A stretch of DNA of 64,000 nt from Sulfurospirillum sp. (GCA_045047115.1 JASFYR010000010.1:64001-128000), one strand, 5' to 3'; counted from the first letter of the stretch, positions 48,377 through 58,720 are shown. The notes: generated by a model not told the origin, from the sequence alone. Numbers and translations: made by a program.

Positions 48377-49672
48377 ATGGCAAAAAATCTAGCCACAGAT
48401 ATGGCGCCACCATTTATATTGGTGGCACACTATTTTATAGCAGGAGCTGTTTTTTATGCAATTACTGCTTTTTTACTACCTTTTTATGCAAATGAAGTAA
48501 GCGGATATTTCCTCTCATCTTCTATTGCTACCCTTATGCATCTTTACTTACTCGGTTTTGTAATGATGGTAATTTTTGGTGCCATGTACCAGCTAGTCCC
48601 TGTTGTGCTAGAAATTCCAATCTTTTCAAAAGATTTTGCCTACATACAGTTTTATATGTTTGTTGGCGGAATATTGATTTTTACATCCGGTTTAGCAGAC
48701 GAAAACTTTACTCAAATTTTACCTTATGGCGCAATGCTTATGTATCTTTCTATGCTTATATTTGTAGCCAATGTATTCTTAACATACAAAAATATAATAA
48801 GATGGGATATAGTTGCAAAATTCATATTTGTATCAAATATATTTTTAACCATAGGCGTAACCATAGGCTTTATAATAGCACTAAATCTCTTATATGGCTT
48901 TTACCCTGATATATTAGGCCTTGTACAGATGCACATAGCTACGACTATATTTGGATATGTTATTATGACTATTATGGGAATAGGTATGATTTTGCTACCT
49001 ATGTTTTCACTCTCGCACGGATTTAATCAAACAGCCATAGAAATGGCGTTTTACACCATAATCATAGGTTTGATTCTGTTTTTATTTGGAACTTTTTTTA
49101 AATTAGATATACTGAAATTTGGTGGAATCCTGTTTTTAACAGTAGCAATCTTTTTTGCACTCTACCAAATGTATCTGATATTTTCCACTAGAATAAGAAA
49201 GCAAAATGATTTTTGGGCAAAAAATATGATGGCTTCATTTGCTACACTCATCATTTCATTTTTTATACTTTTAGCAGGGGTAATAACCAAAAATGATACA
49301 TACTATCTACTTTTTGGATTTACCCTCTTCTTTGGTTTTTTTACCTTTTTTGTAGTCGGTCATATCTATAAGATACTTCCATTTTTGGTTTGGTATCAAA
49401 GATATTCTCCGTTAGTTGGAAAGATAAAAGTACCTATGTTAAACGATATGGTACATGAAAAAGTAGCAGATACCCAGTTTTGGATTACACTTACAGGACT
49501 ATTGCTGGCTATCGGCGCAATTGTCGCAAAAATTCCCTTTGTATTTCAAATAGGAACTGTGATAATGGGCATAGGAACTCTTTTGGTGATATACAATATC
49601 TATTATACCCTTATATACGGGATAGAAGAATTAGAAAATTATAATAAAGGATTAGAAAATGGCAGTAACTGA
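48377..49672 (+). CDS. 12-TM membrane protein with conserved His (NnrS / heme-copper oxidase subunit I-like)
   Basis: MHLYLLGF, GAMYQLVPV, QMHIA, LPMFSLSH, GHIYKILPFLVWY. Confidence 0.7.
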   Translation: MAKNLATDMAPPFILVAHYFIAGAVFYAITAFLLPFYANEVSGYFLSSSIATLMHLYLLGFVMMVIFGAMYQLVPVVLEIPIFSKDFAYIQFYMFVGGILIFTSGLADENFTQILPYGAMLMYLSMLIFVANVFLTYKNIIRWDIVAKFIFVSNIFLTIGVTIGFIIALNLLYGFYPDILGLVQMHIATTIFGYVIMTIMGIGMILLPMFSLSHGFNQTAIEMAFYTIIIGLILFLFGTFFKLDILKFGGILFLTVAIFFALYQMYLIFSTRIRKQNDFWAKNMMASFATLIISFFILLAGVITKNDTYYLLFGFTLFFGFFTFFVVGHIYKILPFLVWYQRYSPLVGKIKVPMLNDMVHEKVADTQFWITLTGLLLAIGAIVAKIPFVFQIGTVIMGIGTLLVIYNIYYTLIYGIEELENYNKGLENGSN

Positions 49673-49961
49673 GGAAATGGTATATGATGCTATAAAAACA
49701 GTAATAGACCCTGAGGTTGGATTTGACATCTACTCTTTGGGCTTAATTTATGGAGCAAAAGTTGAAGGAGACCATGTGCATGTAACCATGACCCTCTCAA
49801 CCAGAGGTTGTCCTTTGCATGAGATGATGAAACAGTGGACAAAAGAAGCTGTGGAAAAAATCGATGGTATAAACAGTTGTGAAGTCGAGATAGTATGGGA
49901 GCCGGCGTGGAATGTCACTATGGCAAGTGATGAAGTTAAAAAAGCATTGGGAGCATTCTGA
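49659..49961 (+). CDS. DUF59 (SufT/PaaD) metal-sulfur cluster assembly factor
   Basis: VIDPEVG..LGLIY..MTLSTRGCP..WEPAW. Confidence 0.92.
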   Translation: MAVTEEMVYDAIKTVIDPEVGFDIYSLGLIYGAKVEGDHVHVTMTLSTRGCPLHEMMKQWTKEAVEKIDGINSCEVEIVWEPAWNVTMASDEVKKALGAF

Positions 49962-50563
49962 TGGCATTTCCAAAATTTTTCGATAAAGTTCCGGGAATTA
50001 CAACATTTGACCCCTTGGCTCTGATTCTTGGAACAGTAGAAGACGGTATCATAAAATTCAGATACACCCAAATAGTAAAATCAGCAGGACACAGTTGTCC
50101 AACAGTTGCAGGCGCATATCTTATGACACTAAAAGCTCTTGATGCTCTCTATCCCGATACTCCAGCTGTTAGAGGAGATATAAAAGTTGAATTCAAAGAG
50201 GATATAGAGGATGGAGTTGCCGGTGTCATAGCAAATGTAATCTCAAACATAACGGGAGCTACAGATAAAAGTGGTTTTAAAGGATTGAACGGAAATTTTA
50301 CAAGACACTCTTTGATGAAATTCAACTCAGATATAAGCGCAAGCGCAAGATTTACTAGAACTGATACAGGAAAAAGTGTAGATGTATTCTACAATCCCGG
50401 AATAATTCCTCCTCATCCTAAAATGAAAGAGTTAATGGGGTTAGTTATCACACAAAATGCAACAGACGATCAAGTAAAAGAGTTTGGTAAACTTTGGCAA
50501 GACAGAGTCAAAAGAATACTAATAGATAATCTAAATAATGAAGAGATGATAAATATAATATAA
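49961..50563 (+). CDS. FmdE/FwdE-like protein
   Basis: AGHSCPTVAGAY, ITGAT..GFKGL..F.R. Confidence 0.7.
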   Translation: MAFPKFFDKVPGITTFDPLALILGTVEDGIIKFRYTQIVKSAGHSCPTVAGAYLMTLKALDALYPDTPAVRGDIKVEFKEDIEDGVAGVIANVISNITGATDKSGFKGLNGNFTRHSLMKFNSDISASARFTRTDTGKSVDVFYNPGIIPPHPKMKELMGLVITQNATDDQVKEFGKLWQDRVKRILIDNLNNEEMINII

Positions 50564-50565
50564 AT

Positions 50566-50579
50566 TTGACTTATGTCAA
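50566..50579. promoter_or_regulatory. Crp/Fnr (Nss-type) box upstream of nirS
   Basis: TTGAC-TTAT-GTCAA; centre 29.5 bp before TACACT (50602), which is preceded by TG. Confidence 0.85.
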
Positions 50580-50719
50580 TAATTTTTTTTACAAATTGTG
50601 TTACACTTTGAAAGGTTTTAAAAATCTAGGGTAGATTTTTAAATAATTTTATATATCAGATATATGATTATAGTTGTATAAATATGTATCTGATATTATC
50701 TTTCAAGGAGGAACAATAC

Positions 50720-52429
50720 ATGGATTTAAAAAAGTTAGCTGCTTCTAGTGCAGCTATTGCGTTTGTTGCTACAACAGGGTTACTAGCAGGCACTTCAAAT
50801 ATGAACTTTGCAAAAGTTTATGAAAAAGAGTGTCAGGGTTGTCACGGTCCGATTCACCAAGGTGGGGTTGGTGCAGATTTAAGACCAAAGGCTTTAAAGA
50901 AAAAAGAGTTTCATTCTCTCGTTGAAACTATATTAAGTGGTCGTCAGGGCACGGCTATGCCATCATGGAAAGCAACATTTTCAAAAGATGATGCAGCAGG
51001 TATGGTTAATTGGTTGATGAACTGGAAAAATACAGTTACTCTAAAACTATCTCTTGCAGATGTACACAAAAGCTGGAAAAAACTGGCAAATCGTAAAATG
51101 TTGTATAAAAAATATATGAAAGCAGCTGATGTAAAAAGTGCAAAAGATATTATGTTTGCAACAGAAAGAGATGCATCTTTGGTTGATTTTATCGACTCAA
51201 CAACAGGAAAAGTGCTATCTCGCCATAAAGCAGGATTTGCTGTGCATGTAACGGTAACAAACAAAAGAATGCCAAGATATGCATATTCAATCAGTAGATC
51301 CGGAAGACTTACAATGTTCGATCTCAATGCTCCTGGTCAACCAGCCCTTGCAAGCGTTCAAGTAGGGCAAGAGTCTCGTGGTCTTGCAGTTTCACCAGAT
51401 GGCAAATATGTCATGGCAGGAAACTACAATCCGGGCGGTGCTGTTTTATGTGATGCGAAAACATTAGAGCCATTAAAAGTCTATCCGACAGCGAGCGTAA
51501 TCGATCCGGATGGAAATATAGGACCAAGCAGAGTTGCTTACATAGCAGACACACCTTACAGACCTTATTTTACATTTGCCTTAAAAGATGGTGGACATGT
51601 ATATGTTGTTGATTATTCAAAACCAAACTTTCCGATTATAGCTGATATTGCCAATATAGGAAAGATTCTGCATGATGCTTTTGAAAATGAAGGAAAAGAC
51701 GAAGGTAGATTTGTCTATGTTGCTTCCCAGGGAAGTGACTTAATGGGTGTCATTGACCTTAAAACTTTAAAATTAGCTGCAAAAATATATACCGGACCGG
51801 GCTCTAAACCACATCCTGGACAAGGAAGCTCTTGGTACAACAAAAGATATGGTCAGTTAAATGCAACAAACAGTATAAATGTTGGTGATGTTGTTATTTG
51901 GGATATGAACAATGAAGTAGTTGCAAATGTCCTAACAGCAGGTGGAGGACTATTTGTCGGAACAAGTAAAGATACTCCTTATATCTGGTCTGATTGTGTC
52001 CTTGGCGGTGCAGCAAACTACAATAAAGTTTACTTAATCAACAAACAAACACTCGAAACTGACAGAATCATCGAAGTTGGCAAGAAAAAAGGACATCTTA
52101 TCGATGCTCATACTGGAAAAATTCTACAAACTTGGAACGCAACACAGTATAAAACTGTTAAGCACCAAGAAGTTGCCTCTAAGATTTCCAATGAGATGCT
52201 AGTTCCTTACACTGCAAAACATGGTGCAAAAGTTGCTAAGCCTGTTCAACCTAGGCTTCTTCATGCTGAACCTGCAAACCACGGCAAATGGGTTACAATC
52301 AGCGAATGGACAACAGGAAGAATTGGAATATACACTAACAAAGGTAAGTTTGTAAAATATATTTACAATCTAACTACGCCTACATTTACTTACTCTGTTG
52401 AACACAGACAAGAGATTCCAGGCGCTTAA
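50720..52429 (+). CDS. nirS: Cytochrome cd1 nitrite reductase
   Basis: Start moved to ATG 50720 (AAGGAGG RBS); CQGCHG...MPSW c domain; d1 propeller motifs GFAVH, LHD, PHPGQG; flanked by heme d1 genes. Confidence 0.9.
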   Translation: MDLKKLAASSAAIAFVATTGLLAGTSNMNFAKVYEKECQGCHGPIHQGGVGADLRPKALKKKEFHSLVETILSGRQGTAMPSWKATFSKDDAAGMVNWLMNWKNTVTLKLSLADVHKSWKKLANRKMLYKKYMKAADVKSAKDIMFATERDASLVDFIDSTTGKVLSRHKAGFAVHVTVTNKRMPRYAYSISRSGRLTMFDLNAPGQPALASVQVGQESRGLAVSPDGKYVMAGNYNPGGAVLCDAKTLEPLKVYPTASVIDPDGNIGPSRVAYIADTPYRPYFTFALKDGGHVYVVDYSKPNFPIIADIANIGKILHDAFENEGKDEGRFVYVASQGSDLMGVIDLKTLKLAAKIYTGPGSKPHPGQGSSWYNKRYGQLNATNSINVGDVVIWDMNNEVVANVLTAGGGLFVGTSKDTPYIWSDCVLGGAANYNKVYLINKQTLETDRIIEVGKKKGHLIDAHTGKILQTWNATQYKTVKHQEVASKISNEMLVPYTAKHGAKVAKPVQPRLLHAEPANHGKWVTISEWTTGRIGIYTNKGKFVKYIYNLTTPTFTYSVEHRQEIPGA

Positions 52430-52436
52430 TTTAATT

Positions 52437-52462
52437 TATCCCCTCTATACCCAGAGGGGATA
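52437..52462 (+). terminator. Hairpin after nirS
   Basis: TATCCCCTCT-ATACCC-AGAGGGGATA. Confidence 0.65.
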
Positions 52463-52483
52463 CTTCACCGACAAGGTCAAAAA

Positions 52484-53608
52484 ATGATAAAACTTTTTTT
52501 CTTTGCTCTGTTTAGTACACTTTTGTCTGCAAATTATCTCACAAATAAATCTTGTAGTGAATGTCATGAGGGAATTTATGAAGAGTTCCAAAGTTCACAA
52601 CACTCTAAGAGTTATTTCAACGATGAATTGCATAGAAAAGTGGCTCAAAAAGCTGCTGCTGAGGATAATTACGACTGCTCCACCTGCCATATGCCCTCGG
52701 CTCAAAATCAACAAGAACTAGCTAACGGTATTACAAAACCAAATTCTTCAAATCAAAGAGAAAAAGATGCCATCAGTTGTTTTTATTGTCACCAGATAGC
52801 TTATGTTAAAAAAGCTCATCTAAAAAACAAAATAATACTCACAAGACAGATAGATGGCTATAAATCTACCATATACGGTTCGCTAAAAGACCCTCAAGAT
52901 AGCGACAAGCACACTATGACACATAGTCCCATATATGATAAATATGTCTGTTCAGGCTGTCATTCACACAAAAGAAACTCACATGGAGTATTAATTTTCG
53001 ATGCCATGGGTGCCAAACTAGATAGTGTCGGATGCATAAAATGCCACATGCCTCTCATAAAAGGCAAAGTCGAAAAAATGGATAAAAAATCCCGCACAAA
53101 ACACCATGACCACAGCTTTGTCGGTATCCACGATATGAGCATGAGACAAAAAGGGATCGAGTTAAATATCGCAGTAAAGGGTAAAAAAGTTGAAGTTGAT
53201 ATCAAAAACAAGATGCCTCATCCCCTCATCATTCAAGCCGCCAGGCTAAAATACCTCAAACTAAATATAAAAAGGGGTGGAAATATAATCTGGAGAAATT
53301 ATAAAAAATCTCCGACGGAAGACAGGCAAGGGACATTTAAGATCGATTTTTTAGGAGCTGATGGAAAGCCTGTTGCTATACCGGCTTTTGCATACAAAAG
53401 GGGATTTGCAAACAATATAGAAGCAAACAAGACTAAAAAGCTGAACTATAGCGTACCTAGTTTAAAAAAAGGTGATATAATCATAGCTTCAATGTATGTT
53501 ATATTGGCAAAACCTGGTTGCTGGAAAACTCTAAATTTACAAGACTCAGACTTTAAAAAACCTATGCTCTTAAAAAGCAAAACATATATTATAAAGGCGA
53601 AAAAATGA
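52484..53608 (+). CDS. Pentaheme c-type cytochrome (c554/c-prime-like)
   Basis: Signal peptide; CSECH, CSTCH, CFYCH, CSGCH, CIKCH; C-terminal beta domain. Confidence 0.85.
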   Translation: MIKLFFFALFSTLLSANYLTNKSCSECHEGIYEEFQSSQHSKSYFNDELHRKVAQKAAAEDNYDCSTCHMPSAQNQQELANGITKPNSSNQREKDAISCFYCHQIAYVKKAHLKNKIILTRQIDGYKSTIYGSLKDPQDSDKHTMTHSPIYDKYVCSGCHSHKRNSHGVLIFDAMGAKLDSVGCIKCHMPLIKGKVEKMDKKSRTKHHDHSFVGIHDMSMRQKGIELNIAVKGKKVEVDIKNKMPHPLIIQAARLKYLKLNIKRGGNIIWRNYKKSPTEDRQGTFKIDFLGADGKPVAIPAFAYKRGFANNIEANKTKKLNYSVPSLKKGDIIIASMYVILAKPGCWKTLNLQDSDFKKPMLLKSKTYIIKAKK

Positions 53609-53928
53609 AAAAAAAGATACTTTTGTGTTTGTTGGTCTTACCACTGCTCCACTCTAGTCTCTATGCTCAAAAACAAAATGGAGAAAAACTCTTCAAGGAG
53701 TACTGCTGGGGTTGTCATCACCAAACTGCCCAAGCGTTCGGACCTTCATTTAAAAGCATTGCAAATAGACGAAACAGAGGTGAAATCATAGCTCAGATTG
53801 CTGATCCTGGCGGCACTTACAAGTCTTTAGGATATAAGATAAATTCTATGCCCTCTTTTAATGATTTGAATTCAAACGAACTTGAGGCATTGGCTGATTA
53901 CATATATAAATTTAAGGATAAAAAATGA
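53605..53928 (+). CDS. Small monoheme cytochrome c (NirC/NirM-like)
   Basis: GEKLFKEYCWGCH, FGP, SMP. Confidence 0.82.
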   Translation: MKKKILLCLLVLPLLHSSLYAQKQNGEKLFKEYCWGCHHQTAQAFGPSFKSIANRRNRGEIIAQIADPGGTYKSLGYKINSMPSFNDLNSNELEALADYIYKFKDKK

Positions 53929-55034
53929 AAAAGATACTTTTATGGGTAATAGCAACTATACTGCTTGCGGTTACGCTTCAGGCAAATGAGAAGATATTTA
54001 TAGTAGAGAGAGAAAATTCAGCACTAGCGGTGATAGATCATAACCTAAAAGTCAATGATATTAAAAATATGCACAACTTCAACCACGCTGTTGTCAAGTT
54101 TCGAGACAGTGACGGATATGTCATAACAAGAGACGGATATGTCATAAAATTTGACCCTATAAAAGAGAAGAAACTAAAAGAGTATCGCACAAGCAAAAGC
54201 GCTATAGGTTTTATCATAGGGAAAAACTTTTTAGCGGTTGCAAACTATGACAATAAAACGGTAGAGATTCTTGATCGTAACCTAAACCCGGTGCAAAGCA
54301 TAAAAACCGGCAGTAGAAATGTAGGCATCAAGCTTTATAAAAATTATCTCGTATTTGCCTGCATGGACAAAGATCAACTATGGGTTATGAAAAATACAAA
54401 TATTGGCAAAAAAACTCCACATTTTGTACTCTACAAAAAGATAAAAAACATTGGAAAAGTACCATTTGATGCTATGATAAATAAAAATCTTTATGTTGTA
54501 GGACTTTTTAATTCTCCGGATATCGGGGTCTTAAACCTTGACACAATGAAGTACAAAAAAATTCCTCTTGCGCTTGGTAAAAAAGAGAGGATTCTAAAAG
54601 TACCTCATTTTGGTTTTTGGAGCATATCAAAAGGTAGATTTTTCATTCCTGCTGTTGGAAATAAAAAAGTATTTGTGTTTGATCACAAATTTCACTTTAT
54701 AAAAGCTATCAAAACCAAGGGAAATCCTGTATTTACTGCACTAAGCCCAGATAAAAAATGGCTGGCAGTTACATTTAGCGGTAGAGATTTTCCATTTGTT
54801 CAAATCATAAATACAAAAACACTTAAGATTGCAAGAACTTTCAAATTTCCAGGTTGGATACTTCATCTTAGGTGGTCAAACCAGTCAAAAAATCTCTACT
54901 TTAGTGTAAATACAAAAAATATGGTTTTAGCGTATAATGTTTCTGACAAAGATCCTAAAAAGTGGTGGAAACACTTTGAATGGCCAGTATCTAAACCTTC
55001 AGGCATATTTTTATTTGATTACAAAGTTAAGTAA
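53925..55034 (+). CDS. nirF: Heme d1 biosynthesis/binding protein NirF
   Basis: IVERE, NHAVVKF, TRDG, PFDA, KVPHFGFW, PVF, LHLRW, PSGIF. Confidence 0.82.
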   Translation: MKKILLWVIATILLAVTLQANEKIFIVERENSALAVIDHNLKVNDIKNMHNFNHAVVKFRDSDGYVITRDGYVIKFDPIKEKKLKEYRTSKSAIGFIIGKNFLAVANYDNKTVEILDRNLNPVQSIKTGSRNVGIKLYKNYLVFACMDKDQLWVMKNTNIGKKTPHFVLYKKIKNIGKVPFDAMINKNLYVVGLFNSPDIGVLNLDTMKYKKIPLALGKKERILKVPHFGFWSISKGRFFIPAVGNKKVFVFDHKFHFIKAIKTKGNPVFTALSPDKKWLAVTFSGRDFPFVQIINTKTLKIARTFKFPGWILHLRWSNQSKNLYFSVNTKNMVLAYNVSDKDPKKWWKHFEWPVSKPSGIFLFDYKVK

Positions 55035-56158
55035 TGTTTAGACTCTCTAATCTTATAAAATCTGTCACAAATGGACAAAAAGAACGATCTTTAGATGGCT
55101 CTATCATTATCTGGAATTTTACAAATCGCTGTAACCTTGCCTGTCATCACTGTTATAGTTATGCCAATCCAAACTCAGAAGACTTTTTAACTACAGAGTT
55201 TATACTCGACTCAATAAAAGAGCTCAAAAAAGCAGGTATAAAATTTGTCATATTTTCAGGAGGAGAGCCCCTTATCAGAAAAGACATATTTAAAATTTCA
55301 CAAGCTATGAGAGAGGCAGGAATCATCACCTACCTCTCTACTAATGGTCTATATATAGATGAAAAAAATGTTGATAACATTATAAAGTATTTCAACTATA
55401 TCGGTATCAGCATAGATGGCATAGAAAAGATCCATGATGAATTTCGTGGCTTAAAAGGTGCATATAAAAAATCACTTGCTGCAATTTCACTTATACAAAA
55501 ACATGGTGGCAATGCTGGTATTCGTTTCACCATAACAAATGAGACAAAAGAGAGTTTTTATAGTATTTTTGAATTGGCCGAAGAGATAGGAGTGGATAAA
55601 ATTTATATATCTCATCTTGTTTATTCGGGTAGAGGCTTAGACAATCTCAAGATAGATATAAGCAAAGAGGAAAGAAGAGAGTTTGTAGAATTTACCATAA
55701 ACAAAGCATTTGAATATATAAAAGATGAACGAAATATAGATGTAGTAACTGGCAATATGGAGATGGATGCAATTATATTTCTAAATATATTTAACAAAAA
55801 ATATCCCCACTTAAAAGAAGAAATGAAAAAAAGACTCTCAAATTGGAGAGGAAACAGTGCTGGAGTGAAACTAGGCAATATAGACTGGCTAGGAAGAGTA
55901 AAACCTGATCCATTTTTTCCGTATTATATAGGCAATATGAGCGAAACCCCTTTTAGTAAAATTTGGCTCAACAAAAACAATGAAATGCTAAATAAATTAA
56001 GAAAGTATCCAAGAGAGATCAGCGGATACTGCAAAGATTGCGGAGTTTTGGATATCTGTAACGGAGGCTCAAGAAGCAGAGCAAAAGCAATATATGATGA
56101 TTTATGGGCTCAAGACCCATCTTGCTATCTAAACAATGATGAAAAGAGAGGTAAATAG
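55034..56158 (+). CDS. nirJ: Heme d1 biosynthesis radical SAM protein NirJ
   Basis: MFRLS start, WNFTNRCNLACHHCY, SGGEP, YSGRG, GNSAG, SPASM C..C....ICNGGSR...DPSC. Confidence 0.9.
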   Translation: MFRLSNLIKSVTNGQKERSLDGSIIIWNFTNRCNLACHHCYSYANPNSEDFLTTEFILDSIKELKKAGIKFVIFSGGEPLIRKDIFKISQAMREAGIITYLSTNGLYIDEKNVDNIIKYFNYIGISIDGIEKIHDEFRGLKGAYKKSLAAISLIQKHGGNAGIRFTITNETKESFYSIFELAEEIGVDKIYISHLVYSGRGLDNLKIDISKEERREFVEFTINKAFEYIKDERNIDVVTGNMEMDAIIFLNIFNKKYPHLKEEMKKRLSNWRGNSAGVKLGNIDWLGRVKPDPFFPYYIGNMSETPFSKIWLNKNNEMLNKLRKYPREISGYCKDCGVLDICNGGSRSRAKAIYDDLWAQDPSCYLNNDEKRGK

Positions 56159-56886
56159 TGGTATATCTAACAGGAGCAGGACCGGGAGATATGGAGCTTT
56201 TGACCTTAAAAGCTCTTAGAGTTATAAAAGATGCTGATGTAGTAATCTACGACAGACTTGCAAATCCCCAAATCCTCAAAGAGGCAAAAAACGGATGCAA
56301 ATTTATCTATGTTGGCAAGGAAGATGGTCATCACATAATGCCTCAAGACGAAATAAACGAAACGATATATCAAAGTTCACTAAAATACAACACTGTCGTT
56401 AGACTCAAAGGTGGCGATCCTTTTGTTTTTGGAAGAGGCGGTGAAGAGGGGATATATCTAAGGCAAAGAGGTGCAGAATTTGAGATAATACCAGGAATCA
56501 CTTCTGCCATCAGCGTTCCAGCTTATGCGGGAATTCCTGTAACTCACAGAGGAGTGGCAGTATCTTTTAGAGTTATAACAGGACATGAATCACCAAACAA
56601 AAAAACTTCCCAAATAGATTGGTGGAGTTTCAAAGGAGATGACACACTTGTCTTTTTAATGGGACTACATAATCTCTCAAAAATCTCTCAAAAGCTTATA
56701 GAGATAGGTAAGCCAAAAGATTTTCCTTGTGCCCTCATCTCAAGAGGAACTACAAAAGAGCAAAAAACAGTAGTCGGAACACTTGAGAACATAGTTGAAC
56801 TATCAAAAGATTTACCAACACCTGCTTTGATAATTGTCGGAAAGGTAGTAGATCTAAGAGAAGAGTTAAGGTGGTTTCACTCCTAA
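56158..56886 (+). CDS. cobA: Uroporphyrinogen-III C-methyltransferase (NirE/CobA)
   Basis: GAGPGD..LLT, YDRL, RLKGGDPFVFGRGGEE, PGITS, GIPVTHR. Confidence 0.95.
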   Translation: MVYLTGAGPGDMELLTLKALRVIKDADVVIYDRLANPQILKEAKNGCKFIYVGKEDGHHIMPQDEINETIYQSSLKYNTVVRLKGGDPFVFGRGGEEGIYLRQRGAEFEIIPGITSAISVPAYAGIPVTHRGVAVSFRVITGHESPNKKTSQIDWWSFKGDDTLVFLMGLHNLSKISQKLIEIGKPKDFPCALISRGTTKEQKTVVGTLENIVELSKDLPTPALIIVGKVVDLREELRWFHS

Positions 56887-56888
56887 AA

Positions 56889-56916
56889 TAAAAAGCTCTA
56901 CATACGGAGCTTTTTA
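56889..56916 (+). terminator. Rho-independent terminator after nirE/cobA
   Basis: TAAAAAGCTC...GAGCTTTTTA. Confidence 0.65.
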
Positions 56917-56955
56917 TGGTATAATTTCATACTTGTTTTACTAGGATAGACCACT

Positions 56956-58161
56956 TTGGATAAATTTTCAAACCACTTAAAAAATATAATACACGGTTTT
57001 TTTCTCACTATCGGCGTAACTATCGCTGAACCATCAACCATACTGCCTCTTATGGTAAATTACTTTGGTGGAAGTTCCATGATTGTAGGACTGTTTGCAA
57101 CTCTTCTAAGGGGCGGGGCTATAGTGGTTCAACTATTTGCCGCCTTTAAATCCCAGAGCTATGTCAGAATGATACCATATCTAAGACGGGTTTTTATCTT
57201 TAGATTTATCTCATGGTTTCTTATCGGAGTTGCGATAAATTTTCTTGGGAATAATCATCCTAGCCTAACTCTTGTTTGCATAGGTATTGGTCTTTTTGGC
57301 TTTTCTTTTAGTGCTGGTTTTGGGGCTATATACTTTAAAGATATAGTAGCAAAAATCTTTAGCCATAAATTTCGTGGCAAAACAATGGCTTATAGACAGT
57401 TTTTCAGTGGATTAGGAGGTCTCATAAGTGGTGCTATTACAGCCATAATGCTTGAAAAATTCAAAGCACCATATAGTTTTGGCTACCTCTTTATGCTTAG
57501 TTCATTTATAATGGCTTTAGGCTACATCGCATTTGCAACCATAAATGAACCTGCCAAACAAGACATACCGATTCGCGAAAACTCTTTCAAAAAGTTTTTA
57601 AAAAACTCTTTGAAAATTCTAAAAGGCGATAAAGATTTGCAAATTCAATTAAGCACATTTCTTTTTGCATATGGATATCTAATAGCCCTCCCTTTTATCA
57701 TCTTGCAAGCAAAAGAGACAATACATCTAAATGGTGTAGCCATTGGTAGTCTTATTACTGCCCAAATGGTAGGAGCAATGTTGAGTAATTTTTTATGGGG
57801 CAATTTAAGTGGCAGGGGACATAATAAACTTACAAGTATCATATCTATCATACTCCATATAAGCGCAATAGTGCTTGCTGTTTTCAGCTCTAGTATATAC
57901 CTGTATATGCTAGTTTTTTTTCTAATGGGCGCAGCAACTGATGGTAACAGAATAGCATCAGGTAATCTAATCTTAATTTTAGCACCGGAAAAACTAAGAC
58001 CTACTTATGTGGCTCTTCAAGTCAATATAGTCTCTTTTGGGATATTTTTCTCTGTCTTAGGCGGTGCAATCTTGCACTTTAGTAACTATGGGGTTTTATA
58101 TACCGTAACTATAGCAACTCTTGCTTTGGCTCTATTTTTATCATTTAAGCTCAAAGATTAA
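56956..58161 (+). CDS. MFS transporter
   Basis: About 12 TM in two halves (FRGK, WGNLSGRG, LAPEKLRPTY); own extended -10 TGGTATAAT at 56917-56925. Confidence 0.85.
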   Translation: MDKFSNHLKNIIHGFFLTIGVTIAEPSTILPLMVNYFGGSSMIVGLFATLLRGGAIVVQLFAAFKSQSYVRMIPYLRRVFIFRFISWFLIGVAINFLGNNHPSLTLVCIGIGLFGFSFSAGFGAIYFKDIVAKIFSHKFRGKTMAYRQFFSGLGGLISGAITAIMLEKFKAPYSFGYLFMLSSFIMALGYIAFATINEPAKQDIPIRENSFKKFLKNSLKILKGDKDLQIQLSTFLFAYGYLIALPFIILQAKETIHLNGVAIGSLITAQMVGAMLSNFLWGNLSGRGHNKLTSIISIILHISAIVLAVFSSSIYLYMLVFFLMGAATDGNRIASGNLILILAPEKLRPTYVALQVNIVSFGIFFSVLGGAILHFSNYGVLYTVTIATLALALFLSFKLKD

Positions 58162-58708
58162 AAAACTTTTTAGCTTTTTCATCAAGTATTTTCATCCTTT
58201 TTTTGCCTTTTGGAAGTGAACTTCTTAAAGCCTTCATCTCCTTTAAAAAATCTGATATACCATTTGGTATCAGCCTTGAGAGATAGATTCTTAGATACTT
58301 AGCAAGTGCAGGAGATGCACCAGAAGTTGAAATAGCGATAGTTAAATCATCTTTTTTAACATAAGAGGGAAATATAAAATCACAATAATCCACTGAATCC
58401 ACTGCATTACACAAGCAGTTATATTTTTTTGATTCGATATATATCTCTTTTTGCAGTGATATATCATCAACTGCTATAATAACAATCTTAAAACTTTCTA
58501 TATCGCCATTTTTATAAATATTTTCTCTAAAATCAAGATCATTTTTTTTTATAAGCATCATCATGTCTTCTGAAATTACTTTTGCTACTATTGTTATCTT
58601 TTTGGTAAAATCCAATAAATGCAACAGTTTTTCATAGGCAATATTTCCACCACCTACTATAAGAATTTTTTCATCATCTAATTTTATAAAAGCCGGAAAA
58701 TAAGCCAT
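58151..58708 (-). CDS. Precorrin-2 dehydrogenase/ferrochelatase (SirC/CysG-N)
   Basis: ILIVGGGNIA, NAVD...CDFIFPS, AISTSGASP. Confidence 0.92.
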   Translation of the reverse strand: MAYFPAFIKLDDEKILIVGGGNIAYEKLLHLLDFTKKITIVAKVISEDMMMLIKKNDLDFRENIYKNGDIESFKIVIIAVDDISLQKEIYIESKKYNCLCNAVDSVDYCDFIFPSYVKKDDLTIAISTSGASPALAKYLRIYLSRLIPNGISDFLKEMKALRSSLPKGKKRMKILDEKAKKFFNL

Positions 58709-58720
58709 ATTTCATCCTCA

